A DNA stretch of 64,000 nucleotides from a virus (IMGVR_UViG_3300028797_000096:13860-77859), one strand, 5' to 3'. Numbered from the stretch's first letter, positions 19,003-29,941 are shown. Numbers and translations are program-made. Notes: generated from the sequence alone by a model not told the origin.

Positions 19003-20655
19003 ATGTCACGTACTGCACATTTTGGTAAAGACGCTCAAAAAGCCCTTGTAGAAGGATTAAATTATGTAGGTAATGCAGTTAAATCTACATTGGGTCCAGC
19101 GGGTAAAACTGTAATTATTCAGCGTAAAGATAAATTACCTATTTTAACTAAAGACGGTATTTCTGTAGCTAAAGAATTGTCACCTAAAGATGAAAAAATT
19201 AAATTAGGTGCTGATCTTGCTATTTCTATTGCACAAAAACAATTAGATTCTGTTGGTGATGGTACTTCAACAGCTTGTGTATTAGGTCAAGCTCTTGTAA
19301 ACAATGGTGTTCGCCAAATTGAATTAGCTTCTGATACTGCTACTATTAATCGTACTTCTCTAAAGAAAGGTATTGAAAAAGCAAGGGATTATGTAATTAG
19401 TAGATTAGATGAAATCGCAACTCCAGTAGATACTGATGAACGCTTAATTCAAGTTGCTACAATTTCTGCAAACGGTGATGAAAAACTTGGTAAAATTGTT
19501 GCAGAAGCATATACAAAGGTAGGTAAATCTGGTGTTGTAACAGTAGAAGAAACAAAAGAAAGAAACATTAATCTTGTATTTAAAGAAGGTATGACTTTAG
19601 ATAGAGGTTGGACTTCTCAATATTTTATTACTAATTATGAAAATCAAACTGCAGAATATACAAATCCTATGGTTTTATTGTGTAATGCAAGAATTAGTAA
19701 TTTTAAAAGTTTAGTAAATGTAATTGAACCGGCTATTGCAAATGGTCAAGCTGTAATTTTAATTGCAGAAGGCTTTGATAGTAATGTTACACAAGGTTTA
19801 GTTATGAATCGCTTACGTAATAATTCAAAAATTGCTTGTATCGAAGCTCCTGGATATGGTGATCGCCGTTTAGAAATGCTACGTGACTTAGGAGTTTATT
19901 TGGGTGCAGAAGTAGCCGAAGATCCTATGGGAATGAAATTAGAAATGTTTTCTACTGCTAATATGGGTAGTTGTGAAAAAATTATTATTAAAAAAGACGA
20001 AACAATTATTCGGGGTGGTAAAGGTGATCCGAAAAAAATTAAAGCACGCGTAGATAGTATTCGTGGTGTTATGGGTGCAACCAAAGATTCTGATCAGTAT
20101 GAAAAAGATATGTTAAATAAACGTTTAGCTGCTTTGACTACTGGTGTAGCAATTATTCAGGTTGGTGGATCATCTGAAGAAGAAATTCGTGAATTAAAAG
20201 ATCGTGTAGATGATGCTCAATGGGCTTGTAAGTCAGCATTAGAAGAAGGCTTCTTACCAGGCGCAGGAAATCCAATCTTAGTGATTTCTGAAGAATTAGA
20301 AGAACATTTTAAAGATCTTACAAATACAGATGAATTACTTGGTATTAAAATCTTTAAAAACGCTTTAAAGGCTCCATTTAAAGCAATTTTAGATAATGCA
20401 GGTATTTCTTTTGATAATATCCAGAAAGAAATCTTAGAAAAGAAAAATATTAATTATGGATATGATGCAAGAAATTTAAAATTAGTTAACCTAATTGATT
20501 CCGGTATTATTGATCCAGTTAAAGCAACAAAAGGTGCTATTTATGCAGCAACTTCTATCGCTAGCTTGATTTTAACTTCTGATGTATGTATTACAGAAGA
20601 TCCTGTTGAAAATCAAGGATTGTCTTTAGGTATTGAAGCTATGCCTGGAATGTAA
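19003..20655 (+). CDS. groEL: Chaperonin GroEL
   Basis: TLGPAG, TKDGISVAKE, GDGTST, ISANGD, APGYGDRR, KDRVDDA, EGFLPGAG and GIIDP motifs; 550 aa. Confidence 0.97.
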   Translation: MSRTAHFGKDAQKALVEGLNYVGNAVKSTLGPAGKTVIIQRKDKLPILTKDGISVAKELSPKDEKIKLGADLAISIAQKQLDSVGDGTSTACVLGQALVNNGVRQIELASDTATINRTSLKKGIEKARDYVISRLDEIATPVDTDERLIQVATISANGDEKLGKIVAEAYTKVGKSGVVTVEETKERNINLVFKEGMTLDRGWTSQYFITNYENQTAEYTNPMVLLCNARISNFKSLVNVIEPAIANGQAVILIAEGFDSNVTQGLVMNRLRNNSKIACIEAPGYGDRRLEMLRDLGVYLGAEVAEDPMGMKLEMFSTANMGSCEKIIIKKDETIIRGGKGDPKKIKARVDSIRGVMGATKDSDQYEKDMLNKRLAALTTGVAIIQVGGSSEEEIRELKDRVDDAQWACKSALEEGFLPGAGNPILVISEELEEHFKDLTNTDELLGIKIFKNALKAPFKAILDNAGISFDNIQKEILEKKNINYGYDARNLKLVNLIDSGIIDPVKATKGAIYAATSIASLILTSDVCITEDPVENQGLSLGIEAMPGM

Positions 20656-20676
20656 TAAAGTTTCTCCTTTGACCAG

Positions 20677-20705
20677 ACCGGTAATTTATAGTTACCGGTT
20701 TTTTA
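20677..20705 (+). terminator. Intrinsic terminator after groEL
   Basis: ACCGGTAA-N7-TTACCGGT followed by a T run. Confidence 0.8.
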
Positions 20706-20717
20706 TTATTTTAACAA

Positions 20718-20723
20718 GTTCTA
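20718..20723 (+). promoter_or_regulatory. GTTCTA putative phage promoter
   Basis: Immediately after the terminator, 9 nt before the ATG at 20733. Confidence 0.55.
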
Positions 20724-20732
20724 TGATATATC

Positions 20733-21548
20733 ATGGTAAAAATTAAATCAAAATTAGATGAAATAGACTTTTCTGCCTTTAATTTAAGGGATGCTTATAT
20801 TACAAGTTTTCCTGAATATGCAGCAGCATTAAGAGATGAAGCAATATTTTCTAATTATGGAATTAAAGCATTAATTAAAACTCCAAAATATGAAAATAAT
20901 GTTGATGAATATTCAAATTTTGTAGATGATGATTTTGATATTACAACAGAATCAATTGTACCAAGATTTGAACAATATCGTCAAAATGTTTCTGCAGAAG
21001 GTATGTCAGCAGATGGTACTGAAGGATTATATCCTTTAGAAATAATCATTCCAACTAAATTACATTTGCCTAAAAATTCAAGAATTATATTAACAGAATA
21101 TAATTCACATGAAAAAATTTTAGCAAGAGAATGGACTGTTTTAAGTACAGAAATGAAACAATTGAGTGGTAGTAAAACCTATACTAGAATAGCATATTGT
21201 GTACCATCTCGTCAATCTATTCATCGTACTAGTGAATTTGATAGATTATATAGTATTTTGTACTTTGTTATTGATGATGTTAATTCAACAAGATATAGTA
21301 ATATTCGTGCTATGGCTTGTATGTATTTTAATATCAATTCTGTATCACTTACTAAGGGTTATCGTGAAGATATTTATGAGCGTCCTAGTGATCCAAATAT
21401 TGTACAAGAAGTTCCAGATGCTGGTGAAAATATTGGATGGCAAGAAGGTGTTACAGCTGCTGATGGAAGAATAAAATTATTACATGTAAAACAAATAACA
21501 ACAGCAAGTTTTGTTGTAAAACCAACTGCAATATCAGTTCTATATTAA
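20733..21548 (+). CDS. Hypothetical virion protein (head-tail connector-like?)
   Basis: Located in the structural cluster; no decisive motif. Confidence 0.5.
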   Translation: MVKIKSKLDEIDFSAFNLRDAYITSFPEYAAALRDEAIFSNYGIKALIKTPKYENNVDEYSNFVDDDFDITTESIVPRFEQYRQNVSAEGMSADGTEGLYPLEIIIPTKLHLPKNSRIILTEYNSHEKILAREWTVLSTEMKQLSGSKTYTRIAYCVPSRQSIHRTSEFDRLYSILYFVIDDVNSTRYSNIRAMACMYFNINSVSLTKGYREDIYERPSDPNIVQEVPDAGENIGWQEGVTAADGRIKLLHVKQITTASFVVKPTAISVLY

Positions 21549-21566
21549 TAAATAAGGAAATAAAAA

Positions 21567-22010
21567 ATGAATTATGGAATGCAAGATACCTTTATGAATG
21601 AAGTTTTAAACAATTATTTTTCTGGTGCTAGTAATTACCAGATTTATTTAGGTTTGGGCTTATCTAACGAAGGTGGTGATATTAACACAGATGATTTTAT
21701 TGAACCAAGTACAGAAGGTACCGGTTATTCAAAACAACCATTTGTATGTGGGGGTGCTGTTGGCGGAGTAGCATATAATTCAAATGAAATTGCATTTAAC
21801 ACTGCCCTAAAAGATTGGACAGTAGATGGTCGTGTAATTGATAAAGTTGGTTTATTCAATAAGATTACAACTTCTACGGGTACAGGTGAAACAATTGAAA
21901 CATTTGTATTATGGTGCGTATTACCATTAAACCCAGTAGAAACTGTATTACAAGGTGATACAGTTATTATTAATACAAATGCTATTCGTTTACAATTAAC
22001 AAATAAATAA
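21567..22010 (+). CDS. Phage structural protein (tail-fibre-associated family)
   Basis: YLGL...GTGYSKQ...NSNEIAF...DW...VGLF pattern widespread in phage tail-associated proteins. Confidence 0.65.
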   Translation: MNYGMQDTFMNEVLNNYFSGASNYQIYLGLGLSNEGGDINTDDFIEPSTEGTGYSKQPFVCGGAVGGVAYNSNEIAFNTALKDWTVDGRVIDKVGLFNKITTSTGTGETIETFVLWCVLPLNPVETVLQGDTVIINTNAIRLQLTNK

Positions 22011-22028
22011 TTCAAAGGAGAATCTAAT

Positions 22029-22232
22029 ATGACAGATTTTATTAACTATCCTTCACATAGGGAAAAAAAGATTATTATGACTGAAGCTACACGTAAAGTT
22101 GTAGAAGAAGTTATTGGTAACGTTGATGATTTGACAGAAGATGAAGCAATTCAAAAAATCAATGAAAGTAAAAAGGCTGTCGCTAAAAAAACTAAGAAAG
22201 GTGTTAAAGTAAAACAGTCATTAAACGGCTAA
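22029..22232 (+). CDS. Hypothetical protein
   Basis: SD AAGGAG. Confidence 0.65.
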   Translation: MTDFINYPSHREKKIIMTEATRKVVEEVIGNVDDLTEDEAIQKINESKKAVAKKTKKGVKVKQSLNG

Positions 22233-22256
22233 TTTTAAACTATAGAGAACTAATTT

Positions 22257-22718
22257 ATGCTTACAGAAATTAATTATCCAATTCGTGTTATTAGTTATTA
22301 CGCCTCATCTAAATCACAACTAGATGGCAAAAATGATTTTTGTTTTTGGATGCGTAGTAAATTGACAAGAGTTGTTTGTGATAAACCCTTTGCGCGTGGA
22401 GATGTATTACAAATAAATAGTATTAGTAATACTTCTTCAGGAATTTTAATTGATACTACTTTAATTGAAGAATGGGAACCTAATTATCCTGTTTTGGTAT
22501 TTGTGAGTGGTAGATTAATTTATAATAAATGGGCAGATTTTGATTATACACCATCTGAAGGAATACAAATAATTAAACCTATTGAACAAATCTTGTCAGA
22601 TAACTATTCAATAGGCTTTATTTTACTAGTATATCAATCTGGTATAATTAAATGTGTAGATAAAACAACTAATAATAGATTTGATATCCATGTTAATCTA
22701 GAAATGGGAACAATGTAA
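22257..22718 (+). CDS. Hypothetical protein
   Basis: ORF in the operon upstream of the portal gene. Confidence 0.7.
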   Translation: MLTEINYPIRVISYYASSKSQLDGKNDFCFWMRSKLTRVVCDKPFARGDVLQINSISNTSSGILIDTTLIEEWEPNYPVLVFVSGRLIYNKWADFDYTPSEGIQIIKPIEQILSDNYSIGFILLVYQSGIIKCVDKTTNNRFDIHVNLEMGTM

Positions 22719-22719
22719 A

Positions 22720-24510
22720 ATGGCAAGCAAATTATTTAAATCACTAAGTAAAACATTATTAGAAAACTCTGCATATGATAAAGAAACAAATACTTTGTTT
22801 GTTACAAATCCAGGTATTTCTTATAATACATTAAAAGGCTTAGCAAAAAAACATGGATTTGCAATAGGAAAAACAAATTCTGGTAATTTTGTTTCTATTC
22901 CTCTTGCTAGTAAGTATAATAATTTTGATGATCAGTTTGTGGGCTTATATGATTCTTTTATGGAAACATATACCTATTATAACAAAAATTATGCAAGTTT
23001 ATTAGCAGCTTATAAAACATTTGATTTAATGGATGAAAATCTTGCAGAGGTTGGTTTAATCTTAGATACATATGTAGCTGAAGTATTATCACAAGGGTTT
23101 GTTGACAATCCTTTAAAGATTAGTATTTCTGATTCTAAAGCACAAAAAATAGTTGAAAAGATTTTATATAAAAATAAAATTTATCAAAGATTACCAAACA
23201 TTACAAGATCTTTGGCTAAATATGGTAATTATGGTATGGTATTATTTTATCCATACTTAGAAAAATGGTTAGCCACAGATAAACATGCGGATTTTACACA
23301 GATTGATGTAGTTGAAGATTTGAGTATTCGTTTTGTAAATCCTAAATATTTTAATATAAACACTGATGAATATTTAAATGTAATTAATTATGAAACTACA
23401 GATGAAAATGCTTATGTTGCTAGACCAAATACTGGTACAGCTAATAATGTAGCACATGTATGGCAGCCTTGGCAATTTGTACACTTTTTAATTGCAGATG
23501 AAACAACAGAACCATATGGAAAAGGTATGTTATGGTCAATGAGATCTGCATTTGATCAGTTGTCTACATTAGAAGCTTTATTAGGTATTTCTAGAGCAAG
23601 TAAAATACAAAGATTGGTATTTTATGTACCAATTCCAAGAGATACTGCTATTACGGATGCTTATGGTTATATGAACGAATTTAGAACACAGTATTTAAAT
23701 TCAATCTTTACAGATGCTCCAGGTGCTAAAGCTGGTCGTAAAATTCCAGGTGCTACATCTATATTGACTTTACCTAAAGCTGCAGATGGTACAAAAGTTG
23801 ATGTTGATCATATTGAAGCTAATATTGATTTAAGTAGTACAGAAGACGTAGATTACTTTAAAGATAAAATTTATAACAATTCTAAACTTCCAAAAGGTTA
23901 TTTGGTAGGTGAAGATGTTATTACTACTGCTCAAACACTAGAAGCTCAGGATTTGAAGTTAAAACGTGCATTAATTCCATTAAAGAAAGCTTTATTAGAT
24001 GGTATGATGTACTTAGTTGAAAATATCTTAACTCATGCTGGTTATGATGTAAGTAAACTAGATGTTAAAGTAAGTTTAAATGAACCTATACAAATTTCTG
24101 CAGATACTATTAATAAATATAGTGATATTGCAGAATTAGTAAAGAGCTTTAAAGAAGTTAATCCACAGATGACAAATATTAACCAATACCAATTGTTGGT
24201 TAAATTAGGTATGCCATTAGATATATCTGAATTAATTTGTAGAAATTCAAGTGTAAATTCTTTAGATACACCAGAAGATTTAAGCAAATTCTTAATAAAA
24301 CAGAAAATTAAACAAAAAAATTCTGCTTCAATAGAAGATGTGGAAGAAAGTGGTATGTCATTAACTTCAAAGCAATTCTTATTAGAAAATGATTTTATAT
24401 CAAATAAGTTAATTAAATTCCACAGAGAAAGTAAAACCTCTTTAGATCGCTCTTTAAAAGAAAGTTTATTATCTCCAGAAAAGAAATACCTAACAGAAAG
24501 TAAAGATTAA
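22720..24510 (+). CDS. Portal protein, T4 gp20-like
   Basis: EPYGKGML...QLSTLEALL.ISRAS..QRLVFY.P, LPK..DG, EDVDYFK.KIY..SKLPKGYL. Confidence 0.85.
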   Translation: MASKLFKSLSKTLLENSAYDKETNTLFVTNPGISYNTLKGLAKKHGFAIGKTNSGNFVSIPLASKYNNFDDQFVGLYDSFMETYTYYNKNYASLLAAYKTFDLMDENLAEVGLILDTYVAEVLSQGFVDNPLKISISDSKAQKIVEKILYKNKIYQRLPNITRSLAKYGNYGMVLFYPYLEKWLATDKHADFTQIDVVEDLSIRFVNPKYFNINTDEYLNVINYETTDENAYVARPNTGTANNVAHVWQPWQFVHFLIADETTEPYGKGMLWSMRSAFDQLSTLEALLGISRASKIQRLVFYVPIPRDTAITDAYGYMNEFRTQYLNSIFTDAPGAKAGRKIPGATSILTLPKAADGTKVDVDHIEANIDLSSTEDVDYFKDKIYNNSKLPKGYLVGEDVITTAQTLEAQDLKLKRALIPLKKALLDGMMYLVENILTHAGYDVSKLDVKVSLNEPIQISADTINKYSDIAELVKSFKEVNPQMTNINQYQLLVKLGMPLDISELICRNSSVNSLDTPEDLSKFLIKQKIKQKNSASIEDVEESGMSLTSKQFLLENDFISNKLIKFHRESKTSLDRSLKESLLSPEKKYLTESKD

Positions 24511-24512
24511 AT

Positions 24513-24851
24513 ATGGATATAAAAGGAGTATTTTTAATCAAAAGAGATTATGGAAACAAAGTTGCTTTGCAAAGTAAAGCAACAAATAGTATGACTTTAC
24601 TTGATTATTTTGATTTTGAAGATCGAATTCATCAATATTTTTCATACCAAACCGTTAATAAAATCTTAGATAATATTAATTGTGGTAGAAAAGTAATTAT
24701 TGATTTTGATAAAAAAATAGCCAAATTAATCAAAGAGAAAGATTTTGATTTCTCTAAAGTAATACCAGGATGTTTAAATGCAACTAATGTAGAAAATGAA
24801 TTATTTGATGCTACAGAAGATGACATTTATACAAAATTTCAAAATTTATAA
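24513..24851 (+). CDS. Hypothetical protein
   Basis: ORF coupled to the portal gene. Confidence 0.7.
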   Translation: MDIKGVFLIKRDYGNKVALQSKATNSMTLLDYFDFEDRIHQYFSYQTVNKILDNINCGRKVIIDFDKKIAKLIKEKDFDFSKVIPGCLNATNVENELFDATEDDIYTKFQNL

Positions 24852-24869
24852 GTTAAAGGACTAATTTTT

Positions 24870-25226
24870 ATGCCAATAGTAAATCCATTCTTAGACAAAC
24901 GCTCAATTCCAAAAGTAAGTATTAATGTAAAAGTTAAAGTAAAAACCAATTCGGCCAAAGAGAATGCAGATTGGAACAAAGCTTTTGGGCATTTGATGAA
25001 AAAACCTAGAACAAAATTAGAATTTTTAACAGTTAGTATCATTCGTAAATTACAATTGGATAAAGTTACGGTAGAAAATATTAAACCATATATTGACGAA
25101 ACTGATTATATACAACTTAAATCAATTGAAGATATATTCAATAACAGATTAACTACTGATGTTAAAAGTTTTATATTAGCCGTATTACGAATACCTATAA
25201 AGAATTTAGAGAGTCTATGTAATTAA
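24870..25226 (+). CDS. Hypothetical protein
   Basis: SD AAGGA; followed by the hairpin AAGTGCCA-TTGT-TGGCACTT. Confidence 0.7.
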   Translation: MPIVNPFLDKRSIPKVSINVKVKVKTNSAKENADWNKAFGHLMKKPRTKLEFLTVSIIRKLQLDKVTVENIKPYIDETDYIQLKSIEDIFNNRLTTDVKSFILAVLRIPIKNLESLCN

Positions 25227-25286
25227 AGAAGTGCCATTGTTGGCACTTTTTCATTTGAATTAGCAATTAAAACAAGGTAATTTCAA

Positions 25287-25292
25287 GTTCTA
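25287..25292 (+). promoter_or_regulatory. GTTCTA putative phage promoter
   Basis: Between a terminator-like hairpin and the ATG at 25329. Confidence 0.55.
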
Positions 25293-25328
25293 TATACAGA
25301 TAATAACCTATGATAGGATTTTTTTATT

Positions 25329-27743
25329 ATGAGTATAAAGTTATTTCCAAAATTAGAAGATGTTAATTTAACTGAATATGCTGATAATTCTGCATATGAA
25401 CCTTATACAGGTATTGTATTAGATCCAGAAGACAAAGTCTTTAAAACTGTTTCAGGTATGTTTCACGATAAAAAAGAATTTTATGAAAAAATGTCAGATC
25501 GTGGGTATATTGTTAGAAAAGTTTTTGAAAAGAAAGTTTTTGATTGGATTGAAGAACATGCAAAAACTGTGTTAGATGGTTATTTAATGTATAGTACAGC
25601 TTTTTCAAAATGGAAAGGAAATAATTTATTAAATCCTTATTATACTCAATTACTTAATGATATTCCTCAATTAAATCGCGAAAAGCGTAAAGGTGATCCT
25701 AATTCTGTTGGTATTAATCAAAAGAAAGATGAAGCAGTAATTACAGAAGAGCATACATATAGTTATATAAATCCAGATTGGGGAAAACATCAAGTAGAAA
25801 TAATTCCATTAAATAATGATGGTACTATTCGTTCAGATATTGAACCATTAGTAATGAAAAACATTCCATTTAACGGAGATGTAATTAGAGCTAATGATTA
25901 TTTAAGAAGTAATCCTAACTTTGTTTATGATTTATATTCAGAAATTGCGCGTGGTGCTTATAAATTAAAAGCTCATCCATATTTCGGTGAAGAAGATGCT
26001 CCAAATAAATTTTTAATTAGAGTAGATGGTAGAATAGTTAGACATAACACAGATGAAGTAAAAGCCAATGGCGGATTATTGAGTTGGGATGCAAAAGATG
26101 AACCATTAATTGTAAATAGAAATAGTATTGTTAATTGGAATGACGAGGCTAACAAAGGTCAAAAAATTGATATTAATCCACAAGCTCTTGTACAACATAA
26201 AGATAAACAAATAAATAATGAAATAGATAATTATTTGGTTTCTCATATGGCTGATATTGCTGCAGAAGATGATGTAGTCCCATTACAACAACAATCGGAT
26301 GAATATAGAAAAGCTATTTCAAATTTATCAAAAAATCCACTTAATTTAATTAAAGGGGCAGGTGGAGAAGAACGCGTTAATAAAAAAACAAGAAATATAT
26401 TAAAACGTTATGAAAATGATATTGCTATTTTACAGGATGGTAAATCAAATCCTGATTATGAAAATACTCTAAAAACATGGTCAGCAGAAGATAGAACAGA
26501 AGCTGTTTCTAAAATTAAGCAAGCCAAAAAAGATTTGTTAAATAGTGTACAATTATTAAATACTGATAACTCTAAAATAAAAGATATTAATCAAGCAATT
26601 GAAGATATGGAAGGTTTAATTGCAAATAATGAAGCTAGCCCATATAAAACAGTAGATGATTATCTTGAAATCAATGATAGGTTACGTCAAAAATTAAGAC
26701 ATTTACAATCATATTTAGGTTATGCAAAATCACAAGCAAATCAAAAGAAAGCAAACAAAGACCAAAATGAAATTAAATCTTGGGGTGAATTACCAACTAA
26801 TTATATTAAAGGTTATAGAGCTAAATTTGTAAATGGTAATCCAAATGATTTAAAATCAGAATCTTGTGATTGTGAAAATACTATAAAAAGAATTAGTTGG
26901 AAAGATGGTATTCCTATTGTAGATGAAATTGCTCCAGGTAAACATGTAAATCATGGAGCAATGTTAGGATATTTATATCAACCTATTGATGGTGTTATTA
27001 CTAATCCTGGTGCTATTACAATGTCTGGTACTTTTATGACTGAACAGGATGAACATTGGGGTTGGGTACATGAACAATTGAATCAAGATTTGTTTGCAGG
27101 TACACATTTAAAACCAGAAGTACGAGAAGCTTTATTAAGAATTGCTAATAAATTTAAAACTGATTTAGGTATTGCAATTGAACCTGTTGATATTTATTTT
27201 ACAGGTAGTGGTGCAAACTTTAATTATAATGATTTATCAGATATTGATTTACATTTAGTTTATAATTTTGAAGAAATTGGTATCAATGCAGAAATATTAA
27301 TTAAATACTTTATTGCCAAAAAACAGGTATTTAATAATGATTATGAAATTCGTATTAAAGGTATGCCAGTAGAAGTAGGTGTTGAAAATTTAAATGAACC
27401 TATTGTATCTTCTGCAGTTTATTCAGTAGTAAATGATAAATGGTTAGTACAACCAGAATATGCAGAACAATTATTACCAAGACCTGACATGAAACAATAT
27501 TATGAAATAGTTCAAAAAATAGAAGATGCTATTGAAACTCGTGATTCAAAAAGAATTGGTGAAGTTTGGACTGAACTATATAATATTCGTAAAGAAAGTT
27601 TAAAACAAGACGGCGAATATGGCCAAGGAAATGCATTATTTAAAAAATTACGTAATCTTGGATATTTAGATCGTTTAAAAAAAGCATATTATAGTAGTGC
27701 AAGTGAAGAGTTATCATTAGAAGCATTAGAGGAAATAATATAA
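25329..27743 (+). CDS. Multidomain protein with a C-terminal Pol-beta-superfamily nucleotidyltransferase domain
   Basis: DIYFTGSGANFNYNDLSDIDLHL (GS...DxD) and a third carboxylate candidate in PVEVGVE. Confidence 0.75.
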   Translation: MSIKLFPKLEDVNLTEYADNSAYEPYTGIVLDPEDKVFKTVSGMFHDKKEFYEKMSDRGYIVRKVFEKKVFDWIEEHAKTVLDGYLMYSTAFSKWKGNNLLNPYYTQLLNDIPQLNREKRKGDPNSVGINQKKDEAVITEEHTYSYINPDWGKHQVEIIPLNNDGTIRSDIEPLVMKNIPFNGDVIRANDYLRSNPNFVYDLYSEIARGAYKLKAHPYFGEEDAPNKFLIRVDGRIVRHNTDEVKANGGLLSWDAKDEPLIVNRNSIVNWNDEANKGQKIDINPQALVQHKDKQINNEIDNYLVSHMADIAAEDDVVPLQQQSDEYRKAISNLSKNPLNLIKGAGGEERVNKKTRNILKRYENDIAILQDGKSNPDYENTLKTWSAEDRTEAVSKIKQAKKDLLNSVQLLNTDNSKIKDINQAIEDMEGLIANNEASPYKTVDDYLEINDRLRQKLRHLQSYLGYAKSQANQKKANKDQNEIKSWGELPTNYIKGYRAKFVNGNPNDLKSESCDCENTIKRISWKDGIPIVDEIAPGKHVNHGAMLGYLYQPIDGVITNPGAITMSGTFMTEQDEHWGWVHEQLNQDLFAGTHLKPEVREALLRIANKFKTDLGIAIEPVDIYFTGSGANFNYNDLSDIDLHLVYNFEEIGINAEILIKYFIAKKQVFNNDYEIRIKGMPVEVGVENLNEPIVSSAVYSVVNDKWLVQPEYAEQLLPRPDMKQYYEIVQKIEDAIETRDSKRIGEVWTELYNIRKESLKQDGEYGQGNALFKKLRNLGYLDRLKKAYYSSASEELSLEALEEII

Positions 27744-29941
27744 TGAAAATTACAGAAGATAAATTTTTAAACAAATCCGCAGAAGAAATTGTTAATGATC
27801 TTTTAGCTGATTGTAAAGATAGTCCAAAAGATGCTCTTACTACTATTCAAGATCTTTTAAGCAGTGAAGACGGTTTGTCTTTTTCAAGTGAAGTAAAACA
27901 AGAATTACAAAAGGCTTGTGATATGCTAAATTCTAAAGTAGAAAGTACTGGACATGATATATATTTCAAAGTAGTTGAAAATAATCAAAAGCCTTTAATG
28001 TATATATTAGAAAACATAGATAAATTTGATAATCCCTTAGTAGAAAAAACCTGCTTTTATTTAAAAAACAAACATCCAAAAGCAATTATTGACATATTAA
28101 GTGATTTAGGTACTTATTCGCTTTATGAAAATAGTTTAGATGATTATATTATTACTATTACTTTATCTAATGGAAAGATTGAACAATATATAGCTGGAAC
28201 CTTACCTTTAGCTAAAGCCATGGCTAAAAAATTAAAAGAAACAAATCCAGAAAAATATAAAAATGCTAAGTTTAAATTTAGAAAAAAGAAAACTGAAGAT
28301 AGCGTAGTTACTACTGCTTTACAAAACAATATAGCAAATAATTTATCTAACGTTGGTATATCTTCATTACTCGGAATATCACCTGCGTTTACAAAACCTT
28401 TAACAAATATATTGTTGAAAAGTTTAGATAAAAAATTAACTAATGATGATATAGAAGATTTAAAGGAAGATGATGAATTAAATTTAAATAAATCAGCATA
28501 TATAGATAGTAATAAAGATATTGCTGATTTAGATGAACGTTTAGCATATTCTTTACATGGAATTCATCCTGGTTTAGCTGATAAACGTAAACCAAAATGG
28601 CACAATACTTTAAATAATAAATCAAATTTGATTACACTTCCAAATTTTGAAGATACTCCAGTAGAGACACTTTTAGTATTAAATGGTATAGAAAAAACTA
28701 CTGATACACCAAAAGGTACAGATAAAGTTATTGTTACTGAAAAAATTCCTGTTAATATAACAGATTCTGGAATTGTATATAAAGATGGTAAATCATATTA
28801 TATAACTGTTGATATGTTTAAACGTATGATTAATTCACCTGAAAATGCTAATATATTACAAAAATTTGAAAAAACGCATAGTGAAGATCCTGAATTTATG
28901 CTTGCTTTTGATATGTTAGCAAAAGAAAACTTAGAAAAAGCATATCTAGATTGGGAAAGTAAATATTATGATATATATGATTTAGGTAATTATTCTTTAT
29001 CTGAAAGAGCTAAAATATATTTAAGATGGAAAGAAGTTAATAAAGATTCAATGTATCAAAAAGGAAGAGAATTAACACCAGAAGAAGTATTAAAAGATTT
29101 TGGTATTCCACATTTGATTAATCAAGCTAAAGAATTAAATGTATTAAAAGATAAAGATTTAGAAAAGTTAAAAAATTTATTAACTATATTACCAGCTGAT
29201 AAAGCCCAACAAGTTAGAGATAGTTTTGAAAATATTTTAATTAATAACTATAAAAATGATAAAGAAGATTTAATAAAAGATTTATCTGATTGGAGTAATT
29301 TTCCAATTCGTTTTGCTAGTGAAAATAAAATAAACCAAATAACAAATAATGAATTAATTAATTTTGAAGATCTTTTAAATAAAAAAGGTTTAAGTAAAAA
29401 ACAGCAAAAAGAATATGAAAATGATAAAGCTGAATTTTTAAATAAATATATTGATTCAAGACTTAATATTCCTCTAGTTAAAGGTAAAGAAATAGAAATT
29501 AAAAAAGATCTTGAAAATTTAAAAAATAAATATTTGGCAAATAGCAATAATTCTTGGCGAGATGTAGCTTCTAAAATAAAAACTGATTATAAAAACAGCG
29601 TGGATATATTTAATCAACAAAAAGATTCTGAAAATCAAGATTTTGATGATTGGAAAAAGATTATAAACGCGTTAGTTACAACAAAAGTAGCAGGAGAAGA
29701 TGTTCCTACCTTAGACTTAATTGATAAAAAGATTAGTAATATAAGAGATCTTGATACAAAAGGTATGCCAATTAAACAAAAATACCGTGAACTTTTTGAT
29801 AATCAATTAAAAAAATGGAAAGATACATATGATACATATTCACCAGAATTAGATAAAGAAATCAAAAAGTTTTATAAAAGATTAAAAGATGATCTTAAAA
29901 AACCAAGTACAATAACAAAATCATTAGAAACTTATTTATAA
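27743..29941 (+). CDS. Large hypothetical protein, probable internal head protein
   Basis: Begins MKITED; many hydrophobic-x-E sites; shares a domain with the next ORF. Confidence 0.55.
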   Translation: MKITEDKFLNKSAEEIVNDLLADCKDSPKDALTTIQDLLSSEDGLSFSSEVKQELQKACDMLNSKVESTGHDIYFKVVENNQKPLMYILENIDKFDNPLVEKTCFYLKNKHPKAIIDILSDLGTYSLYENSLDDYIITITLSNGKIEQYIAGTLPLAKAMAKKLKETNPEKYKNAKFKFRKKKTEDSVVTTALQNNIANNLSNVGISSLLGISPAFTKPLTNILLKSLDKKLTNDDIEDLKEDDELNLNKSAYIDSNKDIADLDERLAYSLHGIHPGLADKRKPKWHNTLNNKSNLITLPNFEDTPVETLLVLNGIEKTTDTPKGTDKVIVTEKIPVNITDSGIVYKDGKSYYITVDMFKRMINSPENANILQKFEKTHSEDPEFMLAFDMLAKENLEKAYLDWESKYYDIYDLGNYSLSERAKIYLRWKEVNKDSMYQKGRELTPEEVLKDFGIPHLINQAKELNVLKDKDLEKLKNLLTILPADKAQQVRDSFENILINNYKNDKEDLIKDLSDWSNFPIRFASENKINQITNNELINFEDLLNKKGLSKKQQKEYENDKAEFLNKYIDSRLNIPLVKGKEIEIKKDLENLKNKYLANSNNSWRDVASKIKTDYKNSVDIFNQQKDSENQDFDDWKKIINALVTTKVAGEDVPTLDLIDKKISNIRDLDTKGMPIKQKYRELFDNQLKKWKDTYDTYSPELDKEIKKFYKRLKDDLKKPSTITKSLETYL

